A DNA stretch of 64,000 nucleotides from assembly GCA_913043205.1 (NCBI GenBank), contig CAJWLF010000012.1, positions 7,101 through 71,100 on the forward strand. Direction: 5' to 3'. The position numbers and the translations under genes are program-made. The stretch is from an uncultured Chloroflexota bacterium. Its GTDB lineage: Bacteria; Chloroflexota; UBA11872; VXNJ01. Positions 18,587 to 29,646 of this stretch are shown piece by piece (the stretch's first letter is position 1; the number at the start of each line of letters is the position of its first letter). A model generated the notes under the pieces. It was not told the origin of the DNA. It searched no databases and was given only the letters and a program-made list of their open reading frames with translations.

Positions 18587-19651
18587 TCACAGCATAGGCA
18601 GAGGCTCTACTTTTTCGAGCATTTTGACGCTGACTGTAGCAGCTACTTTAGCACTTATGTCCATGAATATGTCCCCTAGGGGAGCTTCTTTATTACTAGT
18701 TATAGGATTGCCGGAGTCACCACCCTTCCGAATAATAGGGCTGAGTGGTATTTCGCCCAGAAAAGGTAGTTGCAAATGTTCTGCGGCATCCTTGGCACCG
18801 CCATGTCCAAATATTTCCACTCGATCACCGTTGTCGTGTAGGTAATAAGACATATTTTCTACAATTCCTAGTACGTCTACACTGAGCCGCTCAAACATCG
18901 AAATACTCCGGCGTACATCTTGGAGCGCGACTTCCTGAGGTGTCGATACTACTACTGCTCCGACCAGCGGTACTAACTGTGCAAGCGATAGCGATGCGTC
19001 CCCCGTGCCGGGAGGGAGATCCACTATTAGATAATCGATATTTCCCCAATTTACATCTGCTGTTAGCTGTTTTAGTGCTCCGCCTATCATAGGCCCTCGC
19101 CAAATTACGGGCGTGCCTTCCTCCAGCATGAATCCCAGTGACATCAATTTGATACCGTGCGCTTCAAGCGGTTGGATTTTCCCTTGTACAGAAACCGGAT
19201 CACCTTGGGCCCCCATCATTAATGGGATGTTTGGGCCATATACGTCCGCATCTAATATTCCGACAGAAGCTCCATGCCGAGATAATGCTACTGCAAGATT
19301 TACGCTTACAGTGCTTTTTCCTACTCCGCCTTTTCCACTGGCAACTGCTAGAGCATTTTTCACTCCTGGAAGCGAAGCTGTTGCAGGGGTTTTGTCGGAC
19401 CGTACGTCTGCTGTCATGTTTATGTTGACTTGGTCTACCCATCCTAATACGTGTAATCCATCTGTCACTCTTCGGGTTATCTCATCTCGCATGGGACATG
19501 CTGGAGTCGTAAGTACGACAGTAAGTGATACGTCGTCGTTTTCTACTACTACGTCACGAATCATGTTAAGAGTGACCATGTCTTTGTGAAGTTCAGGGTC
19601 TTCGACTTTGCTCAAGGCCTGCATAATCTGTTGGATACGGTCGTCGCTCAA
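18587..19651 (-). CDS. mrp: Mrp/ApbC/NBP35-family Fe-S cluster carrier ATPase with N-terminal DUF59-like domain
   Basis: VEDPELHKDMVTLNMIRDV (DUF59-like) and deviant Walker A ASGKGGVGKSTVSVNLA. Confidence 0.9.
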   Translation of the reverse strand: MSDDRIQQIMQALSKVEDPELHKDMVTLNMIRDVVVENDDVSLTVVLTTPACPMRDEITRRVTDGLHVLGWVDQVNINMTADVRSDKTPATASLPGVKNALAVASGKGGVGKSTVSVNLAVALSRHGASVGILDADVYGPNIPLMMGAQGDPVSVQGKIQPLEAHGIKLMSLGFMLEEGTPVIWRGPMIGGALKQLTADVNWGNIDYLIVDLPPGTGDASLSLAQLVPLVGAVVVSTPQEVALQDVRRSISMFERLSVDVLGIVENMSYYLHDNGDRVEIFGHGGAKDAAEHLQLPFLGEIPLSPIIRKGGDSGNPITSNKEAPLGDIFMDISAKVAATVSVKMLEKVEPLPML

Positions 19652-19775
19652 TATCTACGCTCCGATGCCTTTTGTTCTAACCAGTTATCTAATTGGATGG
19701 TATCGAATTGAACAATCAGGCTAAAATTCTATTTTCTCCTGTAGCATCTATCATAAACTGTAAATTGGTGATCGG

Positions 19776-19795
19776 ATAGGTATTAATAGGTATTA
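19776..19795. repeat. Tandem 10-bp direct repeat (ATAGGTATTA) x2 in the mrp/nuoB divergent intergenic region
   Basis: Read directly: ataggtatta ataggtatta. Confidence 0.9.
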
Positions 19796-19899
19796 AGAAT
19801 TGATTGTTGTTCATCTGTGGATCTCTGCTATTGTTTTGTGCATAACAAATTTAGTTGTTCCTCAATTTCGATTCGATGAGGAAGTCTTGAGGCGATAGG

Positions 19900-20532
19900 A
19901 TGAGTCTAGAAGAATCTCCTGAAATGAAGGATCCTCCCTTACTAACATTGGGCGAAAAAAATGGCGCCCTTGACGTGTTAACTACGACAGTCGACAAGCT
20001 GTTTACCTGGGGGCAGGCTAACGCTTTGTGGCCTATGACTTTTGGTTTAGCGTGTTGTGCAATGGAAATGATGGCTTCGGCGGCTCCAATCTATGATTTA
20101 GATAGGTTTGGCGTAATTATGAGGTCATCTCCACGTCAGTCTGATGTCATGATTGTGGCAGGTACTGTTACCAATAAAATGGCACCTGTAGTGAGGCGAT
20201 TGTATGAGCAAATGCCTGATCCTAAATATGTTATTGCAATGGGGATATGCACTGTTGCAGGTGGTCCATTCAGAACATATAACACTTTGCAGGGAGTCGA
20301 TAGGGTAGTCCCGGTAGATATTCATGTGCCTGGCTGTCCTCCTCGGCCAGAAGCTCTGATAGATGCAATAATGCTATTGCAGCATAGAATCAAAAAAGAG
20401 GGGGTTTTACGTTGGAAGCCGAGAGCTATGCCTCCAGTCCATACAGGAATTGGCCACTCATTGCCTAAGCCGTTGCCAGGAGAAGATTTCTCGGAAGTCC
20501 CAGATGGAATGTTGCCGCCGCATGAATACTAG
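19900..20532 (+). CDS. nuoB: NADH-quinone oxidoreductase subunit B (NuoB/Nqo6-like), encoded alone
   Basis: [26 protein letters not shown] and [11 protein letters not shown] provide all four N2-cluster cysteines. No nuoA or nuoC flanking. Confidence 0.85.
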   Translation: MSLEESPEMKDPPLLTLGEKNGALDVLTTTVDKLFTWGQANALWPMTFGLACCAMEMMASAAPIYDLDRFGVIMRSSPRQSDVMIVAGTVTNKMAPVVRRLYEQMPDPKYVIAMGICTVAGGPFRTYNTLQGVDRVVPVDIHVPGCPPRPEALIDAIMLLQHRIKKEGVLRWKPRAMPPVHTGIGHSLPKPLPGEDFSEVPDGMLPPHEY

Positions 20533-20655
20533 ATCGTTCTACTAAGTTCGTAGTTCGATTGAGATGATTTCTGATGAATAGCCGTGGTATCCCCTGTGAG
20601 TAAGAGCGATTTTGGTATCGCCTCTGCCAGATTTGGAAGTAGCAAGCTGTGATTT

Positions 20656-21558
20656 ATGGCGGATCTAATGCGATTAATAACTCGTCCTGATTTAGACGGG
20701 CTTGCTTGTGGTGTTCTACTAAGCATTGTTGAGGACATACATGAGGTATCTCTGGCTCAACCAGCTGATTTGGTACGCGGTGCCATTTCTGTCGGTAATG
20801 CAGATATACTGGCGAATTTGCCATATATTGATGGGGTGGGCATGTGGTTCGATCACCATTGGTCTGAGGCTTCTGTTGCCGACTCGATGGCTGGAGAGTT
20901 CCGAGGGAAGTTTGGCCTTACGGACTCTGCAGCTAGGTTGATTTATGAATATTATGGAGGATCTGCTCTAGAGTACTACGAAAGTTTTATTGATGAAGTT
21001 GACAGGGTTGACTCCGCTCGTATCACAGAGGTTGATGTTGTGAATCCTAGTGGATGGATGTTGATTTCTTACACATTTGATCCGCGTCTAAGCAACGAAT
21101 CTGTTAGCAAGTATTTTTGTAGGGTTTTGGACCAGCTCTTAGAGCGGCGACCACTTGAATATATTCTTGCGAGTAGTCAAGTTGCTGACAGAACAAGCAA
21201 GTTACTGAATGAGCAAGACGAGGCCAGCAGCTTCTTGAGGCAGATATCCTATGTGGAAGGGAATGTGGTAGTTACTGATCTTCGTGGGTATTCTAGTCCT
21301 ATTGCTAATAGGTTTTTGATATTTAGTATCTTTCCGGAAATTAGTGCTCAGGTAAAGATTTTCGACATCCGGAACGATATGACGGTCGTGGCGGTTAGTC
21401 ACAATGTTTTCAATGATGAATGTCGGTCCAATGTGGGAGAGCTTTTAGCACATTATGGAGGGGGAGGTCATGTGGGGGCAGGGAGCGTGCGATTATCTCG
21501 TTACCATGCTTCAGACACAATTTCAGATATTATCGATAAGCTGAACTATGCGAGATGA
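20656..21558 (+). CDS. DHH-family phosphoesterase (NrnB-like)
   Basis: RPDLDGLACG (DxD motif) and WFDHHWS (DHH motif). Confidence 0.6.
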   Translation: MADLMRLITRPDLDGLACGVLLSIVEDIHEVSLAQPADLVRGAISVGNADILANLPYIDGVGMWFDHHWSEASVADSMAGEFRGKFGLTDSAARLIYEYYGGSALEYYESFIDEVDRVDSARITEVDVVNPSGWMLISYTFDPRLSNESVSKYFCRVLDQLLERRPLEYILASSQVADRTSKLLNEQDEASSFLRQISYVEGNVVVTDLRGYSSPIANRFLIFSIFPEISAQVKIFDIRNDMTVVAVSHNVFNDECRSNVGELLAHYGGGGHVGAGSVRLSRYHASDTISDIIDKLNYAR

Positions 21559-21567
21559 CACTGACAG

Positions 21568-23133
21568 TCAGTTTTCAGATTGGGGTAGCATCAGTGCGTA
21601 TTCGTAGCTATCAACGAGGGCTGTCCAGGAGGCTTCGACCACATTTGTAGAGCTTCCTACGGTATTCCAGCTCCTATTACCATCGCTTGCTACGATCAAC
21701 ACCCGTGTACTGGCGTCTGTCCCCGCTTCGCTGTCAAGAATTCGCACTTTGTAGTCCACCAAATGGACTTTTTCAAGTTCTGGGTAAGAAGGCAAAATGG
21801 CTTTACGTAGTGCAGCGTCCAGAGCACTTACAGGACCGTTACCTTCGGCAGCAGTGTGATATGAATCTTTGCCAACGAGTAGTTTCACCATAGCTTCCGA
21901 CGGAGGTGAATCTCCTTTGCGAGTCTCTGTGAGTGCAAAAAAGTTTATAGGCTCAAAGGGTGGTGTGTATTCGTCACTCTGTCTTCGAAGAAGCAACTCG
22001 AAAGATGCTTCAGCCCCCTCAAACTGATACCCTGCTGATTCCAGTAGTTTTAATCTGCGTGCTGTTTCGGATGCGCTTTTACGACTTTGCTTTAACCCAA
22101 GTTGTGCTGCCCGGGTGCTAATGCTCGCGGTACCTGCCAGTTCTGATACTAATATCCGCTGCACATTGCCAACCGCTGAAGGATCAACGTGTTGGTAGGC
22201 TTGTTCAAACTTTGCTGTGGCGCTGGCATGGTATCCGGCCTTATGGGCGAACGCGCTATTGCCTACATATGGCTGCTGCTGATTGGGGCTTATGTTTGCC
22301 ATTTCCGAAACATAGTGAGAGAGCTCCGTTAATGTGCCCAAATTTGGATCCGTAACGCAATTACAGCCCATTTTCAACTGTAGCGTTGGAATAATTGTAC
22401 ACAGATCTGCATTTCCTGTTCGTTCGCCGAGGCCATTGATTGTGCCGTGTACTTGAGTTGCTCCCGCACCTATGGCTGCTAGCGAAACGGCCACCCCGAT
22501 ACCAGAATCGTTGTGTGCGTGTATTGCTATCGGTACAGATGTGACGGACTTTACTGTGGCCACTATATCTCTAACTTCGTCTACCAAAGATCCGCCATTG
22601 GTATCGCATAGCGCTATCCAATCGGCTCCTGCTTTTTCTGCGGCTTTTACAGCGGCTAGCGTGTAATCCCGGTTAGCCTTAAAGCCATCGAAGAAATGCT
22701 CTGCGTCTACTATGACTTCCATTCCACAATTGCGAAGATAAGAGACAGTGTCAGAAATCATACCTAACCCTTCAGGGAGATCTGTTTCTAGTATGTGTTT
22801 GACTTGGAATTCCGAGAACTTTGCAACTATAGCTGCAGCAGGTGCACCACTCGTGGCTACTGCCTGAACAGCATCATCGTCTTCGCATTTTGTATTCTTA
22901 TATCTGGTAGCGCCAAAAGCTGTAATCTTTGCGTTTTTCCATGTCATGTTGGAGGTTTTATCGAAGAACTCGATGTCCTTCGGATTTGCGCCTGGAAATC
23001 CCCCTTCTATATAACCTACGCCAAACTCATCGAGCCGTTTGGCAATCTTTAATTTGTCAGATGCAGAGAAAGAGATGCCTTCCCCTTGGGCTCCATCACG
23101 TAGAGTTGTGTCTAATATGCTGATTTGTGTCAC
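21568..23133 (-). CDS. cimA: (R)-citramalate synthase (LeuA-family, long CimA type)
   Basis: ILDTTLRDGAQGEGISFS, YIEGGFPGANPKDIEFF, HAHNDSG and a C-terminal LeuA-type regulatory domain. Confidence 0.8.
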   Translation of the reverse strand: MTQISILDTTLRDGAQGEGISFSASDKLKIAKRLDEFGVGYIEGGFPGANPKDIEFFDKTSNMTWKNAKITAFGATRYKNTKCEDDDAVQAVATSGAPAAAIVAKFSEFQVKHILETDLPEGLGMISDTVSYLRNCGMEVIVDAEHFFDGFKANRDYTLAAVKAAEKAGADWIALCDTNGGSLVDEVRDIVATVKSVTSVPIAIHAHNDSGIGVAVSLAAIGAGATQVHGTINGLGERTGNADLCTIIPTLQLKMGCNCVTDPNLGTLTELSHYVSEMANISPNQQQPYVGNSAFAHKAGYHASATAKFEQAYQHVDPSAVGNVQRILVSELAGTASISTRAAQLGLKQSRKSASETARRLKLLESAGYQFEGAEASFELLLRRQSDEYTPPFEPINFFALTETRKGDSPPSEAMVKLLVGKDSYHTAAEGNGPVSALDAALRKAILPSYPELEKVHLVDYKVRILDSEAGTDASTRVLIVASDGNRSWNTVGSSTNVVEASWTALVDSYEYALMLPQSEN

Positions 23134-23216
23134 GAACGGTGTCTCCGTATTGGGGCCGAACGATTATTATTGTTGTGTTTGGCTTCTGTCTTCATCTGCC
23201 GACCTCTCCGTAAGGC

Positions 23217-24362
23217 CTATTTGGTTACTGGGGGACTGATGATGTTTTGGGCAATTACATCACCCATTTCTGTGGTTCCGACGGCACTGTTTTTTGTTTC
23301 GGCTATGTCAGGTGTTCGGAATCCATGAGCCAAGGCAGATTCTACTGCAGATTCTACCGCCTTAGCCTCATCTTCAAGTCCTAAGGAAAGACGTAACATC
23401 ATAGCAGCGCTGAGAATGGTCCCAATCGGGTTAGCTTGGTTTGTGCCTGCGATGTCTGGCGCTGCTCCATGTATGGGTTCGTAGAGACCTTTGTTACCGT
23501 TTCCGAGGCTAGCTGATGGCATCATGCCCAGAGAGGCAGACAATACTGCCATTTCGTCGGTGATAATGTCACCGAACATATTTTTCGTCACCACAACATC
23601 AAAATCGCGTGGGGAAAGCACCAATCTCATCGCGAAAGCATCAACCAAAACGTGTTCAAGCTGTACATCTGGGAAGTCAGATGCCACATCTTCAGCAATT
23701 TCGCGCCAAAACCTGGATGATTCAAGAACGTTGTTTTTGTCGACTGAAGTTACGTGCTTCCTTCGATCACCTGCTAGCTCAAAGGCACGCCTCACAATTC
23801 GCCTTACTTCTGACTCTTTGTACAAAAGGGTGTCTACTGCAGCCCGCTCACCATCTACAATGCGGCGCTCTTTGGGCTGAGCGAAATAAATGCCCCCAGT
23901 GAGTTCTCGAAGCACCAGCATATCTACGTCTTCTAGACGGTCTCGTTTTACAGGAGACGCGTCTAGTAAGCTGTCATATACTTTCATGGGTCGCAGATTG
24001 GTCCATAACTGCATTTCCCTCCTAAGTCCGAGCACTGCTAATTCAGGATGCCTGCCTTTTACAGCTGCACCTCCGGCAATGCCACATGCTCCTAAGAGCA
24101 CTGAATCAGAAGCGAGGCATTTATCTATGGTGTCACTTGTAAGTTCTGTGCCAAATTGCTCGATAGAGTCGGCCCCTACTGGTACGTAGTCTCCTGAAAA
24201 GCGATGTCCGAATCGGTCACCGATTGCAGCAAGAATACGTGAGGATTGTTCTATCACCTCTGGGCCGATTCCGTCTCCAGGTGCGTATATGATTTTGAAG
24301 TCAGTCAGTTGAATGCTCCTTAAATAAATGGGTAAATCCAGCAATGTAGGGAAGGCCTTCAT
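23217..24362 (-). CDS. leuB: 3-isopropylmalate dehydrogenase
   Basis: KIIYAPGDGIGPEV, NMFGDIITDE and GSAPDIAG-like (HGAAPDIAG) motifs. The start is uncertain: TTG 24392, ATG 24362 and TTG 24344 are all in frame and all overlap the leuD 3' end. Confidence 0.9.
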   Translation of the reverse strand: MKAFPTLLDLPIYLRSIQLTDFKIIYAPGDGIGPEVIEQSSRILAAIGDRFGHRFSGDYVPVGADSIEQFGTELTSDTIDKCLASDSVLLGACGIAGGAAVKGRHPELAVLGLRREMQLWTNLRPMKVYDSLLDASPVKRDRLEDVDMLVLRELTGGIYFAQPKERRIVDGERAAVDTLLYKESEVRRIVRRAFELAGDRRKHVTSVDKNNVLESSRFWREIAEDVASDFPDVQLEHVLVDAFAMRLVLSPRDFDVVVTKNMFGDIITDEMAVLSASLGMMPSASLGNGNKGLYEPIHGAAPDIAGTNQANPIGTILSAAMMLRLSLGLEDEAKAVESAVESALAHGFRTPDIAETKNSAVGTTEMGDVIAQNIISPPVTK

Positions 24363-24927
24363 ACACTTTTTGAGTGTCTTGGGATGCTTCAAGTAACTGC
24401 CCTAAAGAATCCCATTCTCCACTCAAAAAACTTTGTCGAACTGACTCAATTAATTGGAACTCAATTGTGTGCAGGCCTAGGTTAATTAACTGTTTGTCTA
24501 GGTCGATATTGATTGATTGGGAAGAGTCCGATCTTATGGATTCCTGTAAAAATTGAGCCTCTTGCTCTTTAACGGTTAGGCAAGGGATGCCTATAGTGGT
24601 TGAATTGCCAAAAAATATCTCACCGAAGCTCTCTCCGATAATGGCGTTAATCCCCCAGCGCATTAAAGCTTGGGGAGCATGCTCGCGGGAAGATCCGGAC
24701 CCGAAATTGCGATTCACCAAAAGGATAGAGGCGTCCGAGTACTGTGGCTCGTCGAACGGATGCTTACCGTCTGCCTGCTTTCGATCGTCTTCGAAAGCGT
24801 ACTGACCTAGGCCCTCAAATGTGATGGATCGCAGATGCCGGGCAGGAATGATTCGGTCAGTATCTATGTCGTTTCCTTGCACTGGTACTGCAGTGCCAGT
24901 TACTTGTTTTATACTCTTGTTTTTCAT
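24301..24927 (-). CDS. leuD: 3-isopropylmalate dehydratase small subunit
   Basis: NIDTDRIIPARHL and NFGSGSSREHAP motifs. Confidence 0.9.
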   Translation of the reverse strand: MKNKSIKQVTGTAVPVQGNDIDTDRIIPARHLRSITFEGLGQYAFEDDRKQADGKHPFDEPQYSDASILLVNRNFGSGSSREHAPQALMRWGINAIIGESFGEIFFGNSTTIGIPCLTVKEQEAQFLQESIRSDSSQSINIDLDKQLINLGLHTIEFQLIESVRQSFLSGEWDSLGQLLEASQDTQKVYEGLPYIAGFTHLFKEHSTD

Positions 24928-24933
24928 CTGAAA

Positions 24934-26331
24934 CTATACCGTTCGCACGTCTACTACGGATCCGGATAGAGCTGCCGCAGCTACCATTGACGGACTCATT
25001 AGCAAAGTCCTTCCGGTTGGACTACCTTGTCTACCTTTAAAATTTCGATTGCTGGAAGAAGCACATATTTGATTTCCGACCAGTTTGTCAGGGTTCATTG
25101 CTAGACACATTGAGCAGCCAGCTCTTCGCCACTCAAAACCAGATTCTTGGAATATCTCATGCAATCCTTCTGTTTCAGCTTGGTTAAGTACTTGCTGAGA
25201 CCCGGGCACTACTATTGCACTTACGTTTTTTGCGACCCGATTTCCTTTGACGATATCTGCTGCTTCCCTTAAATCCGATATCCGACTGTTGGTGCATGAT
25301 CCTATAAATGCTACATCTATAGGCGTACCGGCTATAGGCGCTCCTGCATCAAAATCCATGAATTCGAGTGCTTCTGTTATCGAATCCCGATCACCGGCGT
25401 GTGCTTGCGTTGGATCAGGGATAGTGTCATTGATACCGATCACCTGACCTGGATTAATCCCCCAAGTAACCATAGGTTCGATGGATGCACCGTCTATGAT
25501 GACGACGTCGGCATAATCGGCATTTGAATCGCTTGCCATCGATTTCCACCAATGTACTGCTTCCTGATAATTTGATCCTGTGGGACAGAACCTCCGGTCT
25601 TTTAGGTAATCGAATGCTGTTTTATCCGGGTTAACATAGCCTACCCTCGCCCCTCCTTCGATGGACATGTTGCATACAGTCATTCTTTCTTCCATAGAGA
25701 AATTATCGAAGATGTCACCAGCGTATTCGTATGCTAGCCCGACTCCCCCATGCACACCGAGTGTGCCTATGATGTGAAGGATTACATCTTTTGCGAACAC
25801 ACCTTTACCGAGTCTTCCGTTGACTTCTATACGTCGGACCTTAGGACGCGAGAGGGCCATGCACTGGGTAGCCAGTATATCTCGCACTTGTGACGTCCCG
25901 ATGCCAAAAGCTACAGCCCCAAAAGCTCCGTGGGTGCTAGTGTGACTGTCTCCACAAGCAATGGTCATGCCTGGTTGGGTTAGCCCCAGCTCGGGGCCTA
26001 TAACGTGAACGATGCCTTGCAAACCAGATTCCTCATTGAAAAATGGAATTCCAGATTCTTGCACATTGTTCTCGATCTCCAAGAACATAGCCTCAGCCAT
26101 TTGGTCGGAAAACGGCCGTTTGGTGTTATCTGTTGGGATGATGTGGTCTACAGTTGCAAAAGTGCGGTCAGGGTATTTAATTTGTAATCCTTCATCACGG
26201 AGCATGCCGAATGCTTGAGGGCTGGTTACCTCGTGCACCAGGTGCAACCCGATGAACAATTGGTCTTGTCCGGTTGGTAGACGGCGAACGGTGTGTGCGT
26301 CCCACACTTTATCTAGTAGCGTTTTTCCCAT
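24934..26331 (-). CDS. leuC: 3-isopropylmalate dehydratase large subunit
   Basis: Aconitase-family motifs [21 protein letters not shown] and [10 protein letters not shown]. Confidence 0.95.
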   Translation of the reverse strand: MGKTLLDKVWDAHTVRRLPTGQDQLFIGLHLVHEVTSPQAFGMLRDEGLQIKYPDRTFATVDHIIPTDNTKRPFSDQMAEAMFLEIENNVQESGIPFFNEESGLQGIVHVIGPELGLTQPGMTIACGDSHTSTHGAFGAVAFGIGTSQVRDILATQCMALSRPKVRRIEVNGRLGKGVFAKDVILHIIGTLGVHGGVGLAYEYAGDIFDNFSMEERMTVCNMSIEGGARVGYVNPDKTAFDYLKDRRFCPTGSNYQEAVHWWKSMASDSNADYADVVIIDGASIEPMVTWGINPGQVIGINDTIPDPTQAHAGDRDSITEALEFMDFDAGAPIAGTPIDVAFIGSCTNSRISDLREAADIVKGNRVAKNVSAIVVPGSQQVLNQAETEGLHEIFQESGFEWRRAGCSMCLAMNPDKLVGNQICASSSNRNFKGRQGSPTGRTLLMSPSMVAAAALSGSVVDVRTV

Positions 26332-27884
26332 TAGACCGAAGCTGCCTGACGTTCATCTGAACCCACTATTGCGGACTCTGTAGCTAAGCGATTGAGACCA
26401 TTTACAAATGCGTGGGCACTAGCTACTACGATATCAGTGTCTGCACCATAACCAGTTGCTGTTCGGTTACCACTTACTACGCGTATTGTTACCTCCCCGA
26501 TCGCATCGGTGTCTTCGGTAACTGCAGAAATTGCAAACTCGGTTAGTGTTACCGGCATGTCTACAATTCGAGTTATTGCCTTGTAGACGGCGTCAACCGG
26601 ACCATCTCCTAGCGCTGCATCTTCTACTGTAGATCCATCCGGTGTTTTTAATCGGACGGTCGCTGTGGGGACGCCTGATGTGCCACATTGGACCTGCAAA
26701 AGTTCAAGACGATATTTTTCCTCTATAGAGCGGTGAAGTCGGTCTTGTACTATGGCCTCTACGTCACGATCTGTAATTTCTTTTTTTCGATCTGCAACAC
26801 GCTTGAAAGTGTCAAATGCATGCTGGAACTCTGTATCGTCTTCGAAATCTATACCCATGGAAGATAGGTGATTTCGGAAAGCATGGCGCCCAGAGAACTT
26901 TCCTAGAACAATTTTGCTTTGTGCTTGTCCAACGTCCTCGGCTTTCATAATCTCATAAGTAGAGCGGTCCTTGAGCATACCGTCTTGATGTAGACCAGAT
27001 GAATGGGCAAAAGCGTTGCTTCCCACTACAGCCTTGTTTGGCGGCACTGGCATTCCCATGTAGTTGCTAGTTATTCGACTTGCTCTGTAGATTTCCTCGG
27101 ATTTGATCGCAGTATCGGCATTATAGAAATCTTGTCGCGTCCGCAGGGCCATGACTATTTCTTCTAACGATGCATTACCTGCTCTCTCTCCTACTCCATT
27201 GATTGTGCATTCAATTTGGGTAGCACCCATGCGAACACCAGCTAAAGAGTTGGCTGCAGCATGTCCTAAGTCGTCATGGCAATGGACTGATACAATAACT
27301 TCGGATATACCGGGCACATTTTCCATACAATATCCGATAAGCTCTTCGAATTCTTCCGGCATCGTGTAACCTACGGTATCTGGAATGTTGACCACTGTGG
27401 CTCCTGCAGCGACTGCCACACCTAGCACTTGAGCTACAAAGGCAGGGTCACTACGGGTTGCGTCCATTGCGGAAAACTCTACATGGGGAACAAGTTGACG
27501 CGAAAATGTTACGGTTCGCTTGGTAAGCTCAAGTACGTCTTTTCTACTCATTTTTAGTTGGCTCTTTAAATGGTTGTCAGAAGTAGAAATGACGGTGTGA
27601 AGCAAGGGCCTCTCTGCTTCTTTTAGAGCCTCCCAAGTTTTTTCGACTAGATTTTCACCGTATCCACTTAGAGCAGCAATTTCGACATCCCGTAACTCGC
27701 GAGACATTAATTGCACGGCTTCAAAATCACCGGGGGAAGTGGATGGGAACCCGGCTTCTATAACAGTGACCCCTAGACGTTGTAGTTGTCGGCCGATCTC
27801 CATTTTTTCGTCAATAGTCAAAGAGCCTCCGGCGGCTTGCTCCCCGTCTCGAAGTGTAGTATCGAAAATCCTGATTGTTTTCAT
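26331..27884 (-). CDS. leuA: 2-isopropylmalate synthase
   Basis: [21 protein letters not shown] and a C-terminal LeuA dimerisation/regulatory domain. Confidence 0.95.
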   Translation of the reverse strand: MKTIRIFDTTLRDGEQAAGGSLTIDEKMEIGRQLQRLGVTVIEAGFPSTSPGDFEAVQLMSRELRDVEIAALSGYGENLVEKTWEALKEAERPLLHTVISTSDNHLKSQLKMSRKDVLELTKRTVTFSRQLVPHVEFSAMDATRSDPAFVAQVLGVAVAAGATVVNIPDTVGYTMPEEFEELIGYCMENVPGISEVIVSVHCHDDLGHAAANSLAGVRMGATQIECTINGVGERAGNASLEEIVMALRTRQDFYNADTAIKSEEIYRASRITSNYMGMPVPPNKAVVGSNAFAHSSGLHQDGMLKDRSTYEIMKAEDVGQAQSKIVLGKFSGRHAFRNHLSSMGIDFEDDTEFQHAFDTFKRVADRKKEITDRDVEAIVQDRLHRSIEEKYRLELLQVQCGTSGVPTATVRLKTPDGSTVEDAALGDGPVDAVYKAITRIVDMPVTLTEFAISAVTEDTDAIGEVTIRVVSGNRTATGYGADTDIVVASAHAFVNGLNRLATESAIVGSDERQAASV

Positions 27885-28069
27885 TGTCGTCCTCCTGCCC
27901 TTGTGGATGCATAAATCACTGGGCGTTATCTAGATCAATACGCTGACGCCTTGGGCGTCCTAATCAACCCCTCCTGCTCGCGTTAGCGAGAGAGGGGCGC
28001 ATAAGCACCAGTTCTTGCAATAGGATTTGAGTTAAATTTGAGGACGATAACATCAGAGTAGCCCTAGTA

Positions 28070-29077
28070 TTAGTCGCGCCGACCTTTCAGGTGAGGCATC
28101 ATACCACGGAGCCTATCTCCAACTTTCTCTATCAGTAAAGTTTTGTCTTGTTGCCGCATTGCGTTAAATGCTGGCCTGCCAGCCTGATTTTCTAGTATCC
28201 ACTGGCGAGCGAAGGAGCCATTTTGTATATCGGTGAGGATTTCTTTCATAGCTTGGCGGGATTCTTCACCTATAACCCTAGGTCCTGAAACTAGGTCTCC
28301 ATACTCAGCTGTATCACTGACGGAATATCTCATAAAGTCGATGCCGCCTTGATACATAAGATCTACTATCAGTTTTAGTTCATGCAGGCATTCAAAATAG
28401 GCCAGCTCAGGAGCATATCCTGCGTCTACGAGCGTTTCGAATCCGGCCTTAACAAGAGCTGTTGTTCCTCCACATAGGACTGCTTGTTCACCGAATAAGT
28501 CAGATTCGGTCTCATCTTTGAAAGTGGTTTCTATTATTCCGGCTTTACTCGCGCCTAAGGCCTTGGCGTAGGCCATTGCGAGCGAGCGAGCTCGCCCACT
28601 ATGGTCCTGATGTATAGCGAATAGGGCAGGAACTCCCACCCCTTCTTCGAATTGATCTCTAACTATATGCCCTGGCCCTTTGGGTGCAACCATTGCTACA
28701 TCTACGTTATCGGGAGGAGTGATTTGGCCGTAGTGGATGTTGAAGCCATGCGCAAATAGGAGCATGTCACCTTCACGCAGATTACTCTTTATATCTTTTT
28801 CGTACACCTCTGGTGCATCCTGGTCTGGCACCAATACCATGGATAGATCTGATGAAGCTACCGCCTCAGCGGTTGGAAGGACCAAAAGATCAGACGCTTC
28901 TGCCCTTTTTTGTGAAGAGCTTCCCTCTCTAAGCCCTACAACTACTTCTGCCCCATTGTCTCTCAGGTTCAAGGCGTGTGCATGTCCTTGGCTTCCATAA
29001 CCGAGGACTGCGATTTTCTTGCCTTCCAACTCGGATAAATCTGCATCATTGTCATAGAAAACTTGTACGTCGTTCAT
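28070..29077 (-). CDS. ilvC: Ketol-acid reductoisomerase (class I)
   Basis: [29 protein letters not shown] and EQAVLCGG motifs. Confidence 0.95.
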   Translation of the reverse strand: MNDVQVFYDNDADLSELEGKKIAVLGYGSQGHAHALNLRDNGAEVVVGLREGSSSQKRAEASDLLVLPTAEAVASSDLSMVLVPDQDAPEVYEKDIKSNLREGDMLLFAHGFNIHYGQITPPDNVDVAMVAPKGPGHIVRDQFEEGVGVPALFAIHQDHSGRARSLAMAYAKALGASKAGIIETTFKDETESDLFGEQAVLCGGTTALVKAGFETLVDAGYAPELAYFECLHELKLIVDLMYQGGIDFMRYSVSDTAEYGDLVSGPRVIGEESRQAMKEILTDIQNGSFARQWILENQAGRPAFNAMRQQDKTLLIEKVGDRLRGMMPHLKGRRD

Positions 29078-29646
29078 AATGTTCCATCCTGACTGGTAAC
29101 TTCTTTTTCGGTTTGTTCCACTGATTGGGCTCCCAACCCGGCTTTGCGTCCCCTAGCCATTGTCACGACTCCAGTTCGGGTGAGTTCCATAATCCCGAAA
29201 TCTGACGCCATTTCCAGGAATCTTTCGATGGAGTAGGGTGATGCAGTGATTTGACATGTAACGTAGTCTTTCCCTAAATCGACTACCTCGGCATCGAAGG
29301 CCTGAGCTGCGCTGGTGATTTCGGCGCGCTTGCCACCTTGGCCTGAAATTCGCACAATTGCAAGCTCTTTGTCGACACGATCGTATTCTGTTAGGTCATA
29401 AACATTAAGAACTTCGATCAGTTTGTACAATTGTTTTTCACATTGCTTAATCCTAGGTCCGGTGCCTTCCACCACAATCGTCATCCTGGATACACCGGGT
29501 TGTTCGGAGTGTCCGACACTAAGACTTGCTATGTTGAATCCTCGCCTGCGAAGTACCATCGAAACTTTTGTTAGGACGCCTGGATGATCTTCTACAAGCA
29601 AAACCATTGTGCTGTATTGGATAGATTGTTCGCGTTGACTTAGCAC
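29074..29646 (-). CDS. ilvN: Acetolactate synthase small (regulatory) subunit
   Basis: ACT-domain N-terminus [28 protein letters not shown]. Overlaps ilvB and ilvC. Confidence 0.9.
   Translation of the reverse strand: MLSQREQSIQYSTMVLLVEDHPGVLTKVSMVLRRRGFNIASLSVGHSEQPGVSRMTIVVEGTGPRIKQCEKQLYKLIEVLNVYDLTEYDRVDKELAIVRISGQGGKRAEITSAAQAFDAEVVDLGKDYVTCQITASPYSIERFLEMASDFGIMELTRTGVVTMARGRKAGLGAQSVEQTEKEVTSQDGTL

Noticed and set aside
27885-28069. Second T-box or Leu leader-peptide attenuator upstream of leuA
   Set aside because: There is no GGUGGUACC-type T-box sequence and no short Leu-rich ORF. Only hairpins are present, and these are kept as a low-interest finding.
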